Positions 14,248-26,103 of a stretch of DNA of 64,000 nt are shown here, one piece after another. Source of the DNA: Eledone cirrhosa (lineage: Eukaryota); assembly GCA_964016885.1 (NCBI GenBank), contig OZ024743.1, forward strand, positions 377,766,001 through 377,830,000, written 5' to 3'. Below the pieces are notes generated by a model. That model was not told the origin of the DNA. It saw nothing but the letters and a program-made list of their open reading frames with translations, and made no database searches. Each line of letters opens with the position of its first letter. Positions within the stretch are counted from its first letter, which is position 1. A program made the position numbers and the translations under genes.

Positions 14248-14728
14248 TAAACATTACACTGGTTCTCAAAACAGTTTTGAGAAGCCGGTAATTCAGCGGA
14301 ACTTCAAAGTAAACAGGCGGGACCACGTGAAATAAAGAACACAACAGCTATGTCAAAAAATCAAAACCACGCCCTTGTAATCTGTGTATATATATATATA
14401 TATATATATCATCATCATCGTCCTTTTAACGTCCACTTTCCTGTTAGCAAAGTTTGGACGGGTCTACATACACCAGGTCATTACTGAAACGTGGCTACTG
14501 ATATCCCAGACAAACCAGGGGTCTGTGTCCTGCTTATGTACAGACTCATGTTTTACTGAGTGCAGGAATGGTTCGTGTCTTAGACACAGCCGAGAGTCCT
14601 CTTCTTTGACAATTTTTCTCCGGTTGGATGCCCTTCCTATCACCAGCCACTTTACAGCGTGTACTGGGTATGTTATATATACACACGCACACGCATAAAT
14701 GATTAAATATATATATAAGTAGAAGGGG

Positions 14729-14792
14729 TATTTTATCTGATGAAAGCGTACCAATGTTGTCTTGTTACCCTTGAAACACATATAATAAAATA
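14729..14792 (+). ncRNA. Minimal type I hammerhead ribozyme, slightly degenerate
   Basis: TATTTTAT-CTGATGA-stem II (AAGCGTACCAA/TTGTTACCCTT)-GAAA-CACATA-TA-ATAAAATA. Confidence 0.6.
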
Positions 14793-15063
14793 AATATGGT
14801 TTTATAAATATAGTTTCCATTTATTTAATATCATTGTATATATATATACATAAGTATTGAAGTTTCCGTTGAAAATTGAAAAAGTCATAGGAGTGAAGAG
14901 TGCTCTATATTGTATTGTTTATTATACATTATATATATATATATAGAGGAGGAAGTTATAGTTCACTTGAAGCATTGTGTAATGAGGTATAAACGTTTGT
15001 ATATGTATAATAAAGCCATGACTTGGCAAGCTATTTAGAACATTGGTTTAACTGCTTTACTTC

Positions 15064-15098
15064 CCTCTGAAGAAGAGATATTATCTCGAAAATTAAGG
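15064..15098 (+). ncRNA. Minimal hammerhead ribozyme inside a 30-bp inverted-repeat element (14989-15208)
   Basis: CCT-CTGAAGA-A-GAGAT/ATCTC-GAAA-AT-TA-AGG. Confidence 0.6.
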
Positions 15099-15200
15099 AC
15101 ATTTAAATAAATCTAAGGTAAAAGACTAATCTTTTGCATTTGCATTCTTTATTCTATGTCCATACCTGCATTGTTTTGGCTTTATTATACATATACCAAC

Positions 15201-15257
<57 letters not shown>

Positions 15258-15428
15258 AAAGTTTTATTTAAGATTGTTGGGTTACAACGAGTAAATATTT
15301 TATAACTGATATAAAAGCACTCGACAGTTTCTGGAGTAGGTTTACGATATTCAAATCAACTTTTTTAAAAGGAAGTTGCATTCTCAAAAGGTATGTCACT
15401 AATTATTTATAAAACAGCTTATGTATTG

Positions 15429-15494
15429 TATTTTGTCTGAGGAAGGCATAACATATTTTTAATATGATATCCCAGAAATATATATAACGAAATA
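15429..15494 (+). ncRNA. Minimal type I hammerhead ribozyme, same family as 14729
   Basis: TATTTTGT-CTGAGGA-stem II (CATATT/AATATG)-GAAA-TATATA-TA-ACGAAATA; downstream ATATGGTTTTATAAATATAGTTTCCATTT shared with the 14729 copy. Confidence 0.6.
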
Positions 15495-15526
15495 TATATG
15501 GTTTTATAAATATAGTTTCCATTTGT

Positions 15527-15582
<56 letters not shown>

Positions 15583-18500
15583 ATACACACACATACATAT
15601 ACCAACGTTTATATATATATATATGTATACACACACACACACACACACATACATAAATGATTATATATATAACTAGTTTTTCACATAACTTTGTGAGGCA
15701 GAACAGCACTGTTCTTCGCACATCGGCTGGTGAGCCAGGGTGGGGGTTATAGCACTTAAAGGTCACCGACTATAAAACAAACACACACAGGATCATGATA
15801 ACTGGCTACTCGTCATGCTAGCAAAGACCAGTACAGGCATGGCGAAGCTACCTAAATATATATGGTGTGGGGAATCAAAGACTCATGGAATTGAGAGGTT
15901 CCCTTTTAGCCTGCAATGGATAGGACTGAGTGACGAATGAACTAAGTCAAAAGAAGGTCAACCTAACAATCTCTACTGCTGCTGCTGCTGCTGCCATGAT
16001 AAAATGCACCCTGTTTACTTGGTTGGTGTTAAGACATCCAGTTATAGAAACCATGCCAAAATATGGAACTATTGTCATACTAGTTTTGAGCAAACCCTCA
16101 CAAATGGATGAGGCTTTGGAGGTGATGCAGTTCATAAGAATGATTGGATAATGAGTGTAGTACTAAGGTCGATGCAGCGTTGGGGTAGGCAGGTTGCTAG
16201 TTTAGCCTTATGTTAATGTATTTCTAAAGATTCTGCCTATAATTTTCAAATCATTTTGAAAATAAACAAGAATTTGTTATTATTAAGCTGTTGTTTGGAG
16301 CATAAATTAACAAAGGTTCTTATATAAAAATATGTTGAAAGGATTTCATATAGATACATACTTTAAAGGTGAGGAGTTGGCAAAGTCTTTAAATTTAAGT
16401 ATGTATTGTATAGTATGCTTTACAGGGTTTACGCCGGCTCTCTGAGTTCAAATCCTGCTACGGTCAACTTTGCCTTATCCTTTCAAAGTTGATTAAAAAA
16501 AGTACCAGTCAATTGTTCCTCTGTGGTTTTTTTTCCCCCCTCTCAATGACTTTTTCTTTCCTTCATTGTCATCATCATCAGTTTTACGTCCACTTTTCCA
16601 TGCTTGCATGAGTTGGACAGGTCCTTCTGAACACAGCATCTCTACAATTGTCACGTACCTTCATCATCTCCTCTACCAGTCTTAGCGATTTGAGGTCAGC
16701 TCTCACAACCTCTGCTCAGGTCTTTCTTGGTCATCCTCTATTGCGGCTTCTTTCCTGTGATTTCCTGGCATTTCTTCACCCATCAGTCATTATCCATTTA
16801 CCAAATTATGTAAAGCATAACCTTTCCTTCTCTGAGAGAAATCAGCTATATTCAGACCTGGAGATGGAATGGGCTCCACCAGGTTTAAAAAGATGTCCAA
16901 GAAATGCTCTGTCATTATGGTGCCCCTACAACTCCAAAATATTCTTTAAAATATACACTTTTATATCATAGAACCAGGTGTGATATCAGGTGGTTTGGTA
17001 TCAAAAGAGGGGTAACTACAACAAAGATTGTAGCATACTCTTTTACTCTTTTACCTGTTTCAGCCATCCGGCTGAGGCCATGCTGGGGCACCGCCATGTT
17101 GATGAATAAATCTTTAGTTGGATAAGCTGGAGTGGAGGTGAAAGGGGTATGATTTGAAATATGTAACAGCAGCAGCACTGTCCTACATAAGTAAACTGTG
17201 TTTTATTGTATTCCTGTTTGTAGTGGTGGGTGTAGATCAGTAATTGTCCAAGTCATATGAACTGTGTTTTATTGAAGATTGGGCTCTCCTTTAATAATAG
17301 CAATTAGGTGAGGCTAGATCAGTAATTACATTGATAGTGATAGTTGCGAATAATAGTAGTTGTAATTAATGACTTGATTTATCTCTGACCATATGCAATA
17401 ATTTAAAAGATAGTGGCAAGGACTCATTCTTTCTTATATACACATATATGCACTAGGTCCGAACATAGAACCAAACTCCCACAGCCTCGGTTTCTCCCAC
17501 TCTCCCTATTGTGAGCAAATGGGGTCCACATGCTGGCAGCCTTGGAGGACAGAATAGAGAAGGCATTTCCCCCAGAGGATGGTGAGACGAGCTGAGCTGA
17601 AAGAGCCATTCCAGCTCACGGGGTTCACACTGCCACTAACCACAGTTCTAGACATATGAACTGTGTTTTATTGTAGGTGAGGCACTCCTTTGAGTAATAG
17701 CAAGTAGGTAAGGTGTAGATCAGTAATGTGATGAAGTTTATTTTCAAAAGATAAATAAATATGAAAAAGAAAGATAAAAGCAAAATTAACTAATGGGGAA
17801 GAGGTAAAGAAGGGCAGATCTAGCTGTAGAGGAAAGGACTATGTAAGCCATAGTGGGGAAAAGCAAGGACTCTAGGGCCACACAAGAAACAACAACCAGC
17901 CCGCTCCAATTACTAGTATGTTGGTGACATACATCACTGAGCTTCAGCCGTTGTATTACATAGTTTCTTTATTACTATATGTGTTTGTGTGTGTGTATAC
18001 ATATCTGTGTTTACATTTATTGTTTATATCCTATAACTTAGCAGTTCAACAAAAAGAAATTGATAAAATAAGTACTCGAGTTGATATGTATGATTGACTA
18101 AATCTCTTCAAAACAGTAGCCCAGGATGACCCAAATCTAATGACTGAAGTCAGTAGAAGAATATGTGTGTACAAATAAGCCCACTTCTGTAGATCTTAAG
18201 TCAGTAAATTATGGTCAAATTCTTTGTTTTCATGATCTATAGGCTCTGCTGTACTTCAGGCACTATCCAAATACTGGTCGCTCTTTGACAGCTTTGCAGT
18301 CGAACCCGGAACAATAGAGACTTCTGGTGTTCTTGGCCCTAGGACCACCTCCCTACTCACCACCATCGACAAGGAGTTGGCAACCCACAGGTGTGAGCCT
18401 CACGAGCTGGAATGGCTCTTCCAACACATCTCTCTCACCATCCTCTGGGGAAACACCTTCTCTATTCTCTCCACCGGGACTGCGGGGTGGCCAGTGCGTG

Positions 18501-19820
18501 GGCTCCCATTTGCATATAATAGTGAGAGATGGGGAGAGCGAGAGAGGCGGTGAGTGAAAGAGAGAACATCAACACCCACACAACTTACACAACATATACT
18601 CTACAAGACCCAATAAAACAACATAACTCACTTATCTTTGTGTTATTGTCACTGGTCTAATTTGTGTAGATTATTCTGATGAATTTCTGAGCCTACAGGG
18701 ATTTAACAAAAGAAGTATTTTTATTAATGTAAGTAAATGATGTTATGGCCTTAAGAAATGTTTTCTCTTATAGTTATTCTCTATACCACTGGAGAAAACA
18801 TTTATTTAATCTACATTAAATGCTTATAGCAGATGCAGCCTGGTCAAATGGTTAAGATGTTTGCTTTGCATTCATTAGGTCCATTCATTATTATAGCCTT
18901 GGGTCAACCCAGGTCTTGTGCGTGAAATTGGTTATCAGAAACAGTTTGGAAGCCTGTCAGATGGAATGTACCTATAATTAAAAAACTGGCCTTCTCACAC
19001 TATCAGGCAGAATCTCCCTGAGAATTACATTAAATGTACATGTCTGTTGAATGCTCAGGCATTTGCATGTTAATTTCATAAGCAGACTTTTGTTGATCTA
19101 ACAACTGGAATATTCATCATCAAAACTGATTGAGGTTCATTTGAAATTCCTATTATAAATACATTAACCCTTTAGCATTTACATTACTCTATGCTATTAT
19201 ATTTTCACGGTAAAGGTTTTACCTCACATAATATAAAATCTATGTGATTTTGATATTTATTTTGAGAACAATACGTTAACATCAGTATGTGTGGCCGGTT
19301 ATGGCAGGTTTGAACACAAAGAGGTGAGAGAATTCTGTTTCCATAACTTTATATGATTAGATGTCAACTTCGTTAGTAGCAATAACAATAGGTTTCCGTA
19401 ATCAAAGTCTTATCAAGTGTATGTGTATGCATTGGCGCTCTCTCTCTCTCACTCTCCCTATCTTGCCCTATTATATGCAAATGGGTGCCCACAAGATGGC
19501 CATCCCACGGCCCCAGCTGACAGAATAGATAAGGCGTTTCCCAGCTAGAGGGGGAGGGAGACATGTGGGAAGAGACATTCCAGCTCACAAGGCTCACACC
19601 TGTAGGTAGCCAACATGCCGATGGTGGTGAGTAGGGAGGTGGTCCTAAGGCCAGGAGACTTCTGGTATCTTTGGCCCTAGGACCACCTTATATGATTAGA
19701 GATTCACATTTTATTTGCCTTGGCCCAAAAGACATTAAAATATTTCCATTTCAGCCAACCTCTAGCCTTGATCATACTCTGACATGTTTTTATTGTTTTC
19801 CTCCAGAAACTAGTGCAAAG

Positions 19821-19895
19821 ATGGCTGATGAACAAACTTCCACCAATAGTGGTAATGGTGACAGTAATAGCACAGGAAACAGAAGCACTGTATTG
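19821..19895 (+). CDS. TMEM33: TMEM33 coding exon 1 (MADEQTSTNSGNGDSNSTGNRSTVL)
   Basis: Acceptor TTTTCCTCCAG ends 19806, AAGATGG start context, donor GTAACT at 19896 in phase 0 matching the next exon. The N-terminus is not conserved, so this exon is less certain. Confidence 0.7.
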
Positions 19896-20700
19896 GTAAC
19901 TAATCCAGTTTTTTTTATATCATTTATTTCTGAAGTTTGTAAATTCATATTAACTCATTAACTTTTTTTAACCCAACCCACTGAAGCAAGCCTTAAGTTC
20001 TAATACAAAACCTACCATTTTAAAATGTCCATATTTAAATTAAAACTACCCATCATAATTCTAGGTTAGACTTTTTTTTTCCAGTCACCTGCTTAATAAT
20101 TGTTTCTATTTTAGGCACAAGGCCAGCAATTATGCAGTACATTACTGGTACTTTATTTTATCGACCCCATAAGGATAAAAGGCAAAGTTAACCTCGGCGG
20201 GATTTGAACTCAGATCATAAAGGGATGTAACTATGCTTCAAAGCATGGTGTCCGACTCTCTCCCGATACTGCCAATCCACCGCCCTTAATAATGATTTCT
20301 AATTTAGACACAAAGCCAACATACACATCACATGTCCATGTCAGCGCATTCTCCTCTCCTGCACAATGCATCTGATCTCTGTCTATATATCTTTTAATTA
20401 AACATAACACTTTACTTTACTGTCTGTAACATGTGTGCACTTCTTGTAGATATTGCATAATTATAACCATGTAATTAAGGAGTATACTTCACACCGTGGT
20501 TTTGAGTTCATTTCCACAGTGTTAATAGCAAGTGTCTTTTACTATAACCTCAGGTTGTGATTGAAATTTACTAGACAGAAAGTGTAGAGGCCTGCAATGT
20601 ATGTGTATGTATATATATTATAAAGAGTCAGAACCTGACAGCTGAACTCTTGCCATTTCAAAAGCTAGTTCCTCCAGCGTTTGTCTAGTCTATTACTAAG

Positions 20701-20760
20701 AAATGGTAGAGCACTTGCTTAGCATGCAAGAGGTACTGGGATCGATGCCCAGATTCTCCA
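20701..20760 (+). pseudogene. 5'-truncated tRNA-Ala(AGC)-derived sequence
   Basis: AAATGGTAGAGCACTTGCTTAGCATGCAAGAGGTACTGGGATCGATGCCCAGATTCTCCA has the D-loop, anticodon stem CTTGC/GCAAG with AGC and T-arm, but lacks the 5' acceptor strand. Confidence 0.8.
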
Positions 20761-20770
20761 GCGTTTGTCT

Positions 20771-21567
20771 TGTAGAAGATCACGCCACCTAGCTTTGACT
20801 TTGGAGGCAGTCGATTAACTGCCCTTAGTTCTGACGTCAGTAGCTGAATAAACTCTCTCTTCGACTTTTGTCTCTAGAGGCGAACAGACATGTTTCACGG
20901 TGGCGAAATAGTAATATCACGTCGGGGTCACCACTTTACAGCTTGTACAGGAAACACTTTATAGTGACTCCAGTACTTTATTAACCATATTTCTAATGAA
21001 GTACACTGCCTAAATTTTCAATTAATTTCTAAAATAATCAAGAATTACTATTGAACTATGAAAATAACTTCAAAAGAGAATATAAAGAGAAACCAGAATA
21101 ACACAATATAAACACAAGCATAGTTAATGTTTAGGAAGATGGTCACCATTTTAGAAGGCTTCATTGTTTTTACGATTTAGAGGAGAGTTCGTTTCCCTAG
21201 CTTGGCTGGTAGAACATCTCTACTATTTGTTGTTAGGTGTAGGTACACAATTAAGCAAATAAAAAACATACCTCGAGATTATATGTACATGAGCATTTTA
21301 ATCAGAGCAATTAACAAAACGGGTTATCATATCAGTTGTTCCTAGGTTGGTAATTCGTAATTACCATTAATTGGCGGTCTTCAATTATCCCGTGACCGCA
21401 TGGTGTGCTATCGCTGTTTCACCACTGTGAAACGCGTCTGTTCACCTCTAGAGACAAAAGTCAAAGAGAGAGTTTATTCAGCTACTGATGTCAGAACGTG
21501 ACATCAGAACTAAGGGCAGTTAATCGACTGCCTCCAAAGTCAAAGCTAGGAGGCGTGATCTTCTACA
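20771..21567. mobile_element. Non-autonomous DNA transposon with about 150-bp TIRs (Ginger-like termini)
   Basis: TGTAGAAGATCACGCC ... GGCGTGATCTTCTACA; 4-bp TSD GTCT at 20767-20770 and 21568-21571. Confidence 0.75.
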
Positions 21568-21717
21568 GTCTCTCTCTCTCTGTATATATATATATGTATA
21601 TGTGAGGTGTCTACAGAAGACCACAAATTAGAGTAGTACTCAATGCATGATGAGATGCAGAGTGGGTACAGTGAAGACGTCTTCATTATATCATTAACAT
21701 GTGTATATGTGTGTGTC

Positions 21718-22058
21718 ATCATCATCATCATCATTTCATTTTACGTCCACTTTTCCCTGCTTGCAAGGGTGGGACGAGAACTGATTCTGGCTTGATTTCT
21801 ACAGCTGGATGCCCTTCCTAACACCAACCTCATTTTACAGTGAGTGCTGGGTACTTTTTTGCCGTGGCACCTCCATGACCACTTTGCAGTGGAATGATAG
21901 GGACCGCAGTCCCTATCATCTCATTTCTACAGCTGAGTAAACTGGAGCAATGTGAAATAAAGTGTCTTGCTCAAGGAAACAACACATCACCCGGTCTGAG
22001 GATTGAACTCACAACCTTTCGATTGCAAGGCTCTAACCACTAAGCCATGTGCCTCCAT
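21718..22058 (-). mobile_element. CORE-type SINE with (ATG)n tail; same family as 30543-30886 and 48672-49057
   Basis: Reverse complement of the 30543 copy, with near-identical head, core and 3' end. Confidence 0.85.
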
Positions 22059-22530
22059 GTGTGTTTATATATCCATTTGTCTCTGTGTTGGTGTCCTGTA
22101 ATTTAGCAGTTTGACAAACAAAAATCAATGAAATAAGTACCTGACTTGGAAAAAACTAATTAAGTACTGGGAATCAATATGATTGACTAGACACCTTTAA
22201 TTTGGTACCCCAGCATGGCTGCAATCTAATGACTGAAACCAATAAAAGAGAATAGTGTAACTTTTTTTTATTATTTTCTATATATATATTTCCCAAGAGA
22301 TGGCAACATGAATAGACCTGTTATTTTTCTCTAAAAAAATGTTTCCGTCCTCCCTGTCTCCTCAATCTTTTTATTTCTTCTTTAATTTCTCACTCTATTT
22401 TCTGATGAAGGACTAACGTCCGATATGTTAAGACACTTTTCCTACGATATCAAGTGTGAAACTAATATATTTCTTCCTTGTACTGTTTCGTTTTCATATA
22501 TATATATATAACTGAACTATTCTTTTCTAG

Positions 22531-22625
22531 AATTACATGATGTATAATAAGGTGGCTGCTAGTCTGTGGATTACTCGTCTAATGACTGTTTCGTTTACTA
22601 TCCTATTTATTTTACCAATATTTGG
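22531..22625 (+). CDS. TMEM33: TMEM33 coding exon 2 (NYMMYNKVAASLWITRLMTVSFTILFILPIFG)
   Basis: TTCTTTTCTAG acceptor, GG|GTAAG donor; matches the TMEM33 first TM region (W..RL.TV...LF.LP..G). Confidence 0.9.
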
Positions 22626-23200
22626 GTAAGTTTACTTTATTTTTCTGCTGCTAATTTTAACTCTTATAACTACTCAATTATCAATATCCAGTGCAAAAAA
22701 AATTATTTATTGTTTTTTTTTCAACTTAGTTAAGAATAAATGTTTGATATATAAAATTGTTTTCTTATATATACATATGGTGGCTGCCAACTCGTTTTCG
22801 AGTACGGCCACTACTTTATATCCATGTAGGAGAACCCCTACCGATGCGCTGAACGAGTGTGACTTTTTAGTCCAGCCAGTGACTTGAAAACTCTGGTACA
22901 AACACTACACTTGTGACAATTATTGACACATAGTGCTGGGCCCATGGTACCATGTGATGACATATACATACATACATACAAATATATATATTTATATATA
23001 TATCATCATCACCATTTAGTGACTATTTTCCACGCTAGCATGGGTTAGACGGGTTATCCTACTTGAGGCAAGGCGAGGTCAAATGACCATGTCTTGCTTA
23101 TACAGAATTAATTTTGGCTTGGTTTCTATGACTGGATGCCCTTTCTAACACCAATATATATATATATATATATATACATATGTTTATATATATGTATATT

Positions 23201-23658
23201 ATATATTTGATTTGCAAAGTCTTTGATATGAAATCGTGTGTTGAAACAAATATTGTTATACTTGGAGAGGGTCATATTGTTGTAATAATATTGAGAAATA
23301 ATAACAGAACACATTGTTTGGTTGGTTTTCGCTTCTGTATCTTTTATATCTCCATAGTTAATTTATTTGTCAATCAATGTTTATCATTGATTGACCAACG
23401 GTTAAAAATACAGATATAAATATATATATATATATATATTTATATCTGTATTTTTAACCGTTGGTCAATCAATGATAAACATTGATTGACAAATAAATTA
23501 ACTATGGAGATATAAAAGATACAGAAGCGAAAACCAACCAAACAATGTGTTCTGTTATTATTTCTCAATATTATTACAACAATATGACCCTCTCCAAGTA
23601 TAACAATATTTGTTTCAACACACAATTTCATATCAAAGACCTTGCAAAACAAATATAT
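23201..23658. repeat. Near-perfect long palindrome (about 218-bp arms) centred on a (TA)n tract
   Basis: 23201-23418 and 23440-23658 are reverse complements with about 3 substitutions; the ORF track gives nearly the same peptide on both strands. Confidence 0.95.
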
Positions 23659-23661
23659 ATA

Positions 23662-26070
23662 TCAACGTCAGTATGGATTTATACGAACTGGATTACTCCC
23701 TGAAGAACATTCCAACTCCCTCCAACCATGTTTACCAAAAGCTCCTCCTACAAAAAGCGGAAGATGTCGTCAGACGCTTAAGATGGCAAGCCCTAGCTTT
23801 TGACTGCAAAATTACAGGCACCAACAAAACCTTCAACCTGAAATCGAGAGGTAACTGAACTTGGCAACCTCCTAAGGTAACTGAACTTGCTCCTTTCAAG
23901 ACGGACCTTCTTGACTTAGTCGCTAACATTTCCTTTCGCAAACACACTAACAAACGAAACTCAGAAATGATATTAAGAAATTTAGGTCTTCTAATAACAC
24001 CTTCGTTCATTCCGACAAAACTAATAATATTTACGAAGTCGACAACACCACTTTCCGCCACCTGGCCCATAACGTTATTACTTCTAAATATAAGAAAGCT
24101 AACCCTATGGCCTACCACGACATTAATACAGAAGCCAAGGAACTTGCCGCCGACCTTAAGGTAAATAAGAAGCTACAATCTCTAGCTAAGCGTGAGGCGT
24201 TCCTCACCCTGAAAGATCACAAAGTAGACTTTACTTCTAACCCTACATGTAGACTAATAAACCCGACACGCACAGATATGGGACTAGTCAGTAAGACCAT
24301 ACTTAGAAACATAGTTAAGACCATTAGGACCAAGTCCAACCCGTCCCAGTGGGAGAACAGCGACTCCATAATTAAGTGGTTTAACCCCTTAAAATCCAAA
24401 AAGGCGAAGTTCACACAGTTTGACATTGTCGATTTTTACCCGTCGATCTCAGAGACCCTGTTAAACAAAGTGTTGAACTTCGCTACCACCTATACCACCG
24501 TCGATGGTTTAGATAGGGAAATCATCGCTCACTGCCAGAAAACTCTCCTCTTCAACGACGGAGTAGCTTGGGCAAAGAAGTCTATAACTTCAGACCTGTT
24601 CGACGTCTCCATGGGATCGTTTGACAGTGCTGACGTATGCGACTTGGTTGGCCTATTTATCTTAGACATATTACGTGTTAGATTCCCGGACTTCCACACG
24701 AGAATATACCGTGACGATGGATTGACTTTATCGAGCCATAAAAGTGGTCACGACCTCGACCGGTTTAAAAAAGACTTAGCTTCTACCTTCAATGAGTTAG
24801 GATAACAATAGCTACCAACCTCTCTAGCGTAGATTTCTTAGACATTAATTTAGACCTTCGTACACACACCCACAGACCCTTCCATAAGCTAAACGAGAAA
24901 CTCAATTACATTCACAAGGACTCATGCCACCCTCCCACTGTTTTTAGAAACTTTGTTAAGAATATCAGTACTAGAATCTCAAACCTCTCCTCAAATAAAG
25001 CTATCTTTGACGGCGGCACCCTACTATAACACGGCATTGGCTAACAGCGGCTTCTCACAACCTATCACTTACTCTCCCACTAGCAAGAACACCATTAAGA
25101 AAAGTAAGCGCAACGATAGACAAACCATCTGGTTCTCTCCTCCCCTCTAACTCAACGTTAAAACCAATGTAGGAAAAAAATTTCTAGCCCACTCAGATAG
25201 ACACTTTCCTATATGTCATAAATAGCGCTCCATCTTTAACCGACACAAAGTTAAACTAGGATACTCCTGCGCTAAGAACATGAAGGCCCACATCACCAGC
25301 CCTAGGAGCAACACCCCACCAGGGTGCTCTTGCCGTAGGCCCGAAGCTTGCCCCCTTCAACAGCAATGCAACACACCAGCTGTAATTTATGAAACTGTGG
25401 TCACTTCCAACCGACCAAACGAACCACAGGAGGTCAAATCCTATGTGGGCATGGCGGAGGGCCGATTTAAGGAACATTTCCTGAACCACCAGTCTACCTT
25501 CAGGTACCCGGACAGACGTTCATCCACGAAACTCGCGAGCCACGTATGGTCCCTCAAGGACTCAAGTATAGACTGCTCCATTCAATGGAAAGCCATCACT
25601 AAGTCCAAGCCATACGCAAGGGGAAATCCGACGTGTGGCTTATGTATTGACGAACGAATAACTATTCTAAAGAGATTTCGCAATAGTGATTGCCTAAACA
25701 CGAGAAGTGAATTTTTCACACGTTGTCCACACGTTACCAAACATCTATTGCATAACTACAAGGCTCCGGACTGATTCCTTGTAATTTTATTTTCAACTAA
25801 AAACTTTTCGGACTTTCACAGTTATCTCCCTTACACCTCTCGCACACATTCTAGTATTGCCTGTGTGAAGTGACCGGGTTTCTGTGCATGCGCGTTCATA
25901 CGGTTGTCCTTCCTGTTCCGTATAACCATGCCCATTACGAGCTGAGGATCCGCTAAGGTGAAACAATTGTTCTCGGTATGGTGAACTAACTGTTGTGTAA
26001 CCACTTCTACCTAACTTGTCCCATGGACTGAGTGCTTTACCACTACAGATATTACCTTCCAGTGTTCCAC

Positions 26071-26077
<7 letters not shown>
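23662..26077 (+). mobile_element. Penelope-like retroelement (RT + C-terminal GIY-YIG; Naiad-like), near full length, inactivated by frameshifts and stops
   Basis: ATG 23673 YSLKNIPTP; K.HK...PTCRLINP; FDIVDFYPSI; FDVSMGSFD; IYRDDGL; CSC-x5-CPL-x3-C; VIY...YVGMAE..FK.HF.NH; CGLC..E; RSE....CPH; flanked by (TA)n. Confidence 0.92.
25932..25981 (+). ncRNA. Minimal hammerhead ribozyme in the 3' UTR of the Penelope-like element
   Basis: CCAT..CGAG-CTGAGGA-TCCGCTAAGGT-GAAA-CAATTG-TT-CTCG..ATGG; palindromic stem III CAATTG. Confidence 0.7.

Positions 26078-26103
<26 letters not shown>

Noticed and set aside
15930-16151. ORFs with a poly-Ala run
   Set aside because: Short (CTG)n microsatellite next to SINE-derived sequence; no homology recognised
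20701-20760. Functional tRNA-Ala gene
   Set aside because: The 5' acceptor strand and start of the A box are missing
21425-21440. GAAACGCGTC as a half hammerhead in the long TIR
   Set aside because: No upstream CUGANGA, and the element has DNA-transposon termini with a TSD
23180-23652. Nearly identical 70-79 aa ORFs on both strands
   Set aside because: A consequence of the palindrome; no recognisable protein
23856-23858. In-frame TGA in the Penelope-like ORF as possible selenocysteine
   Set aside because: It arises from a local 15-bp duplication and frameshift, is not at a Cys position, and no SECIS-like AUGA/AA/GA hairpin was recognised in the 3' UTR
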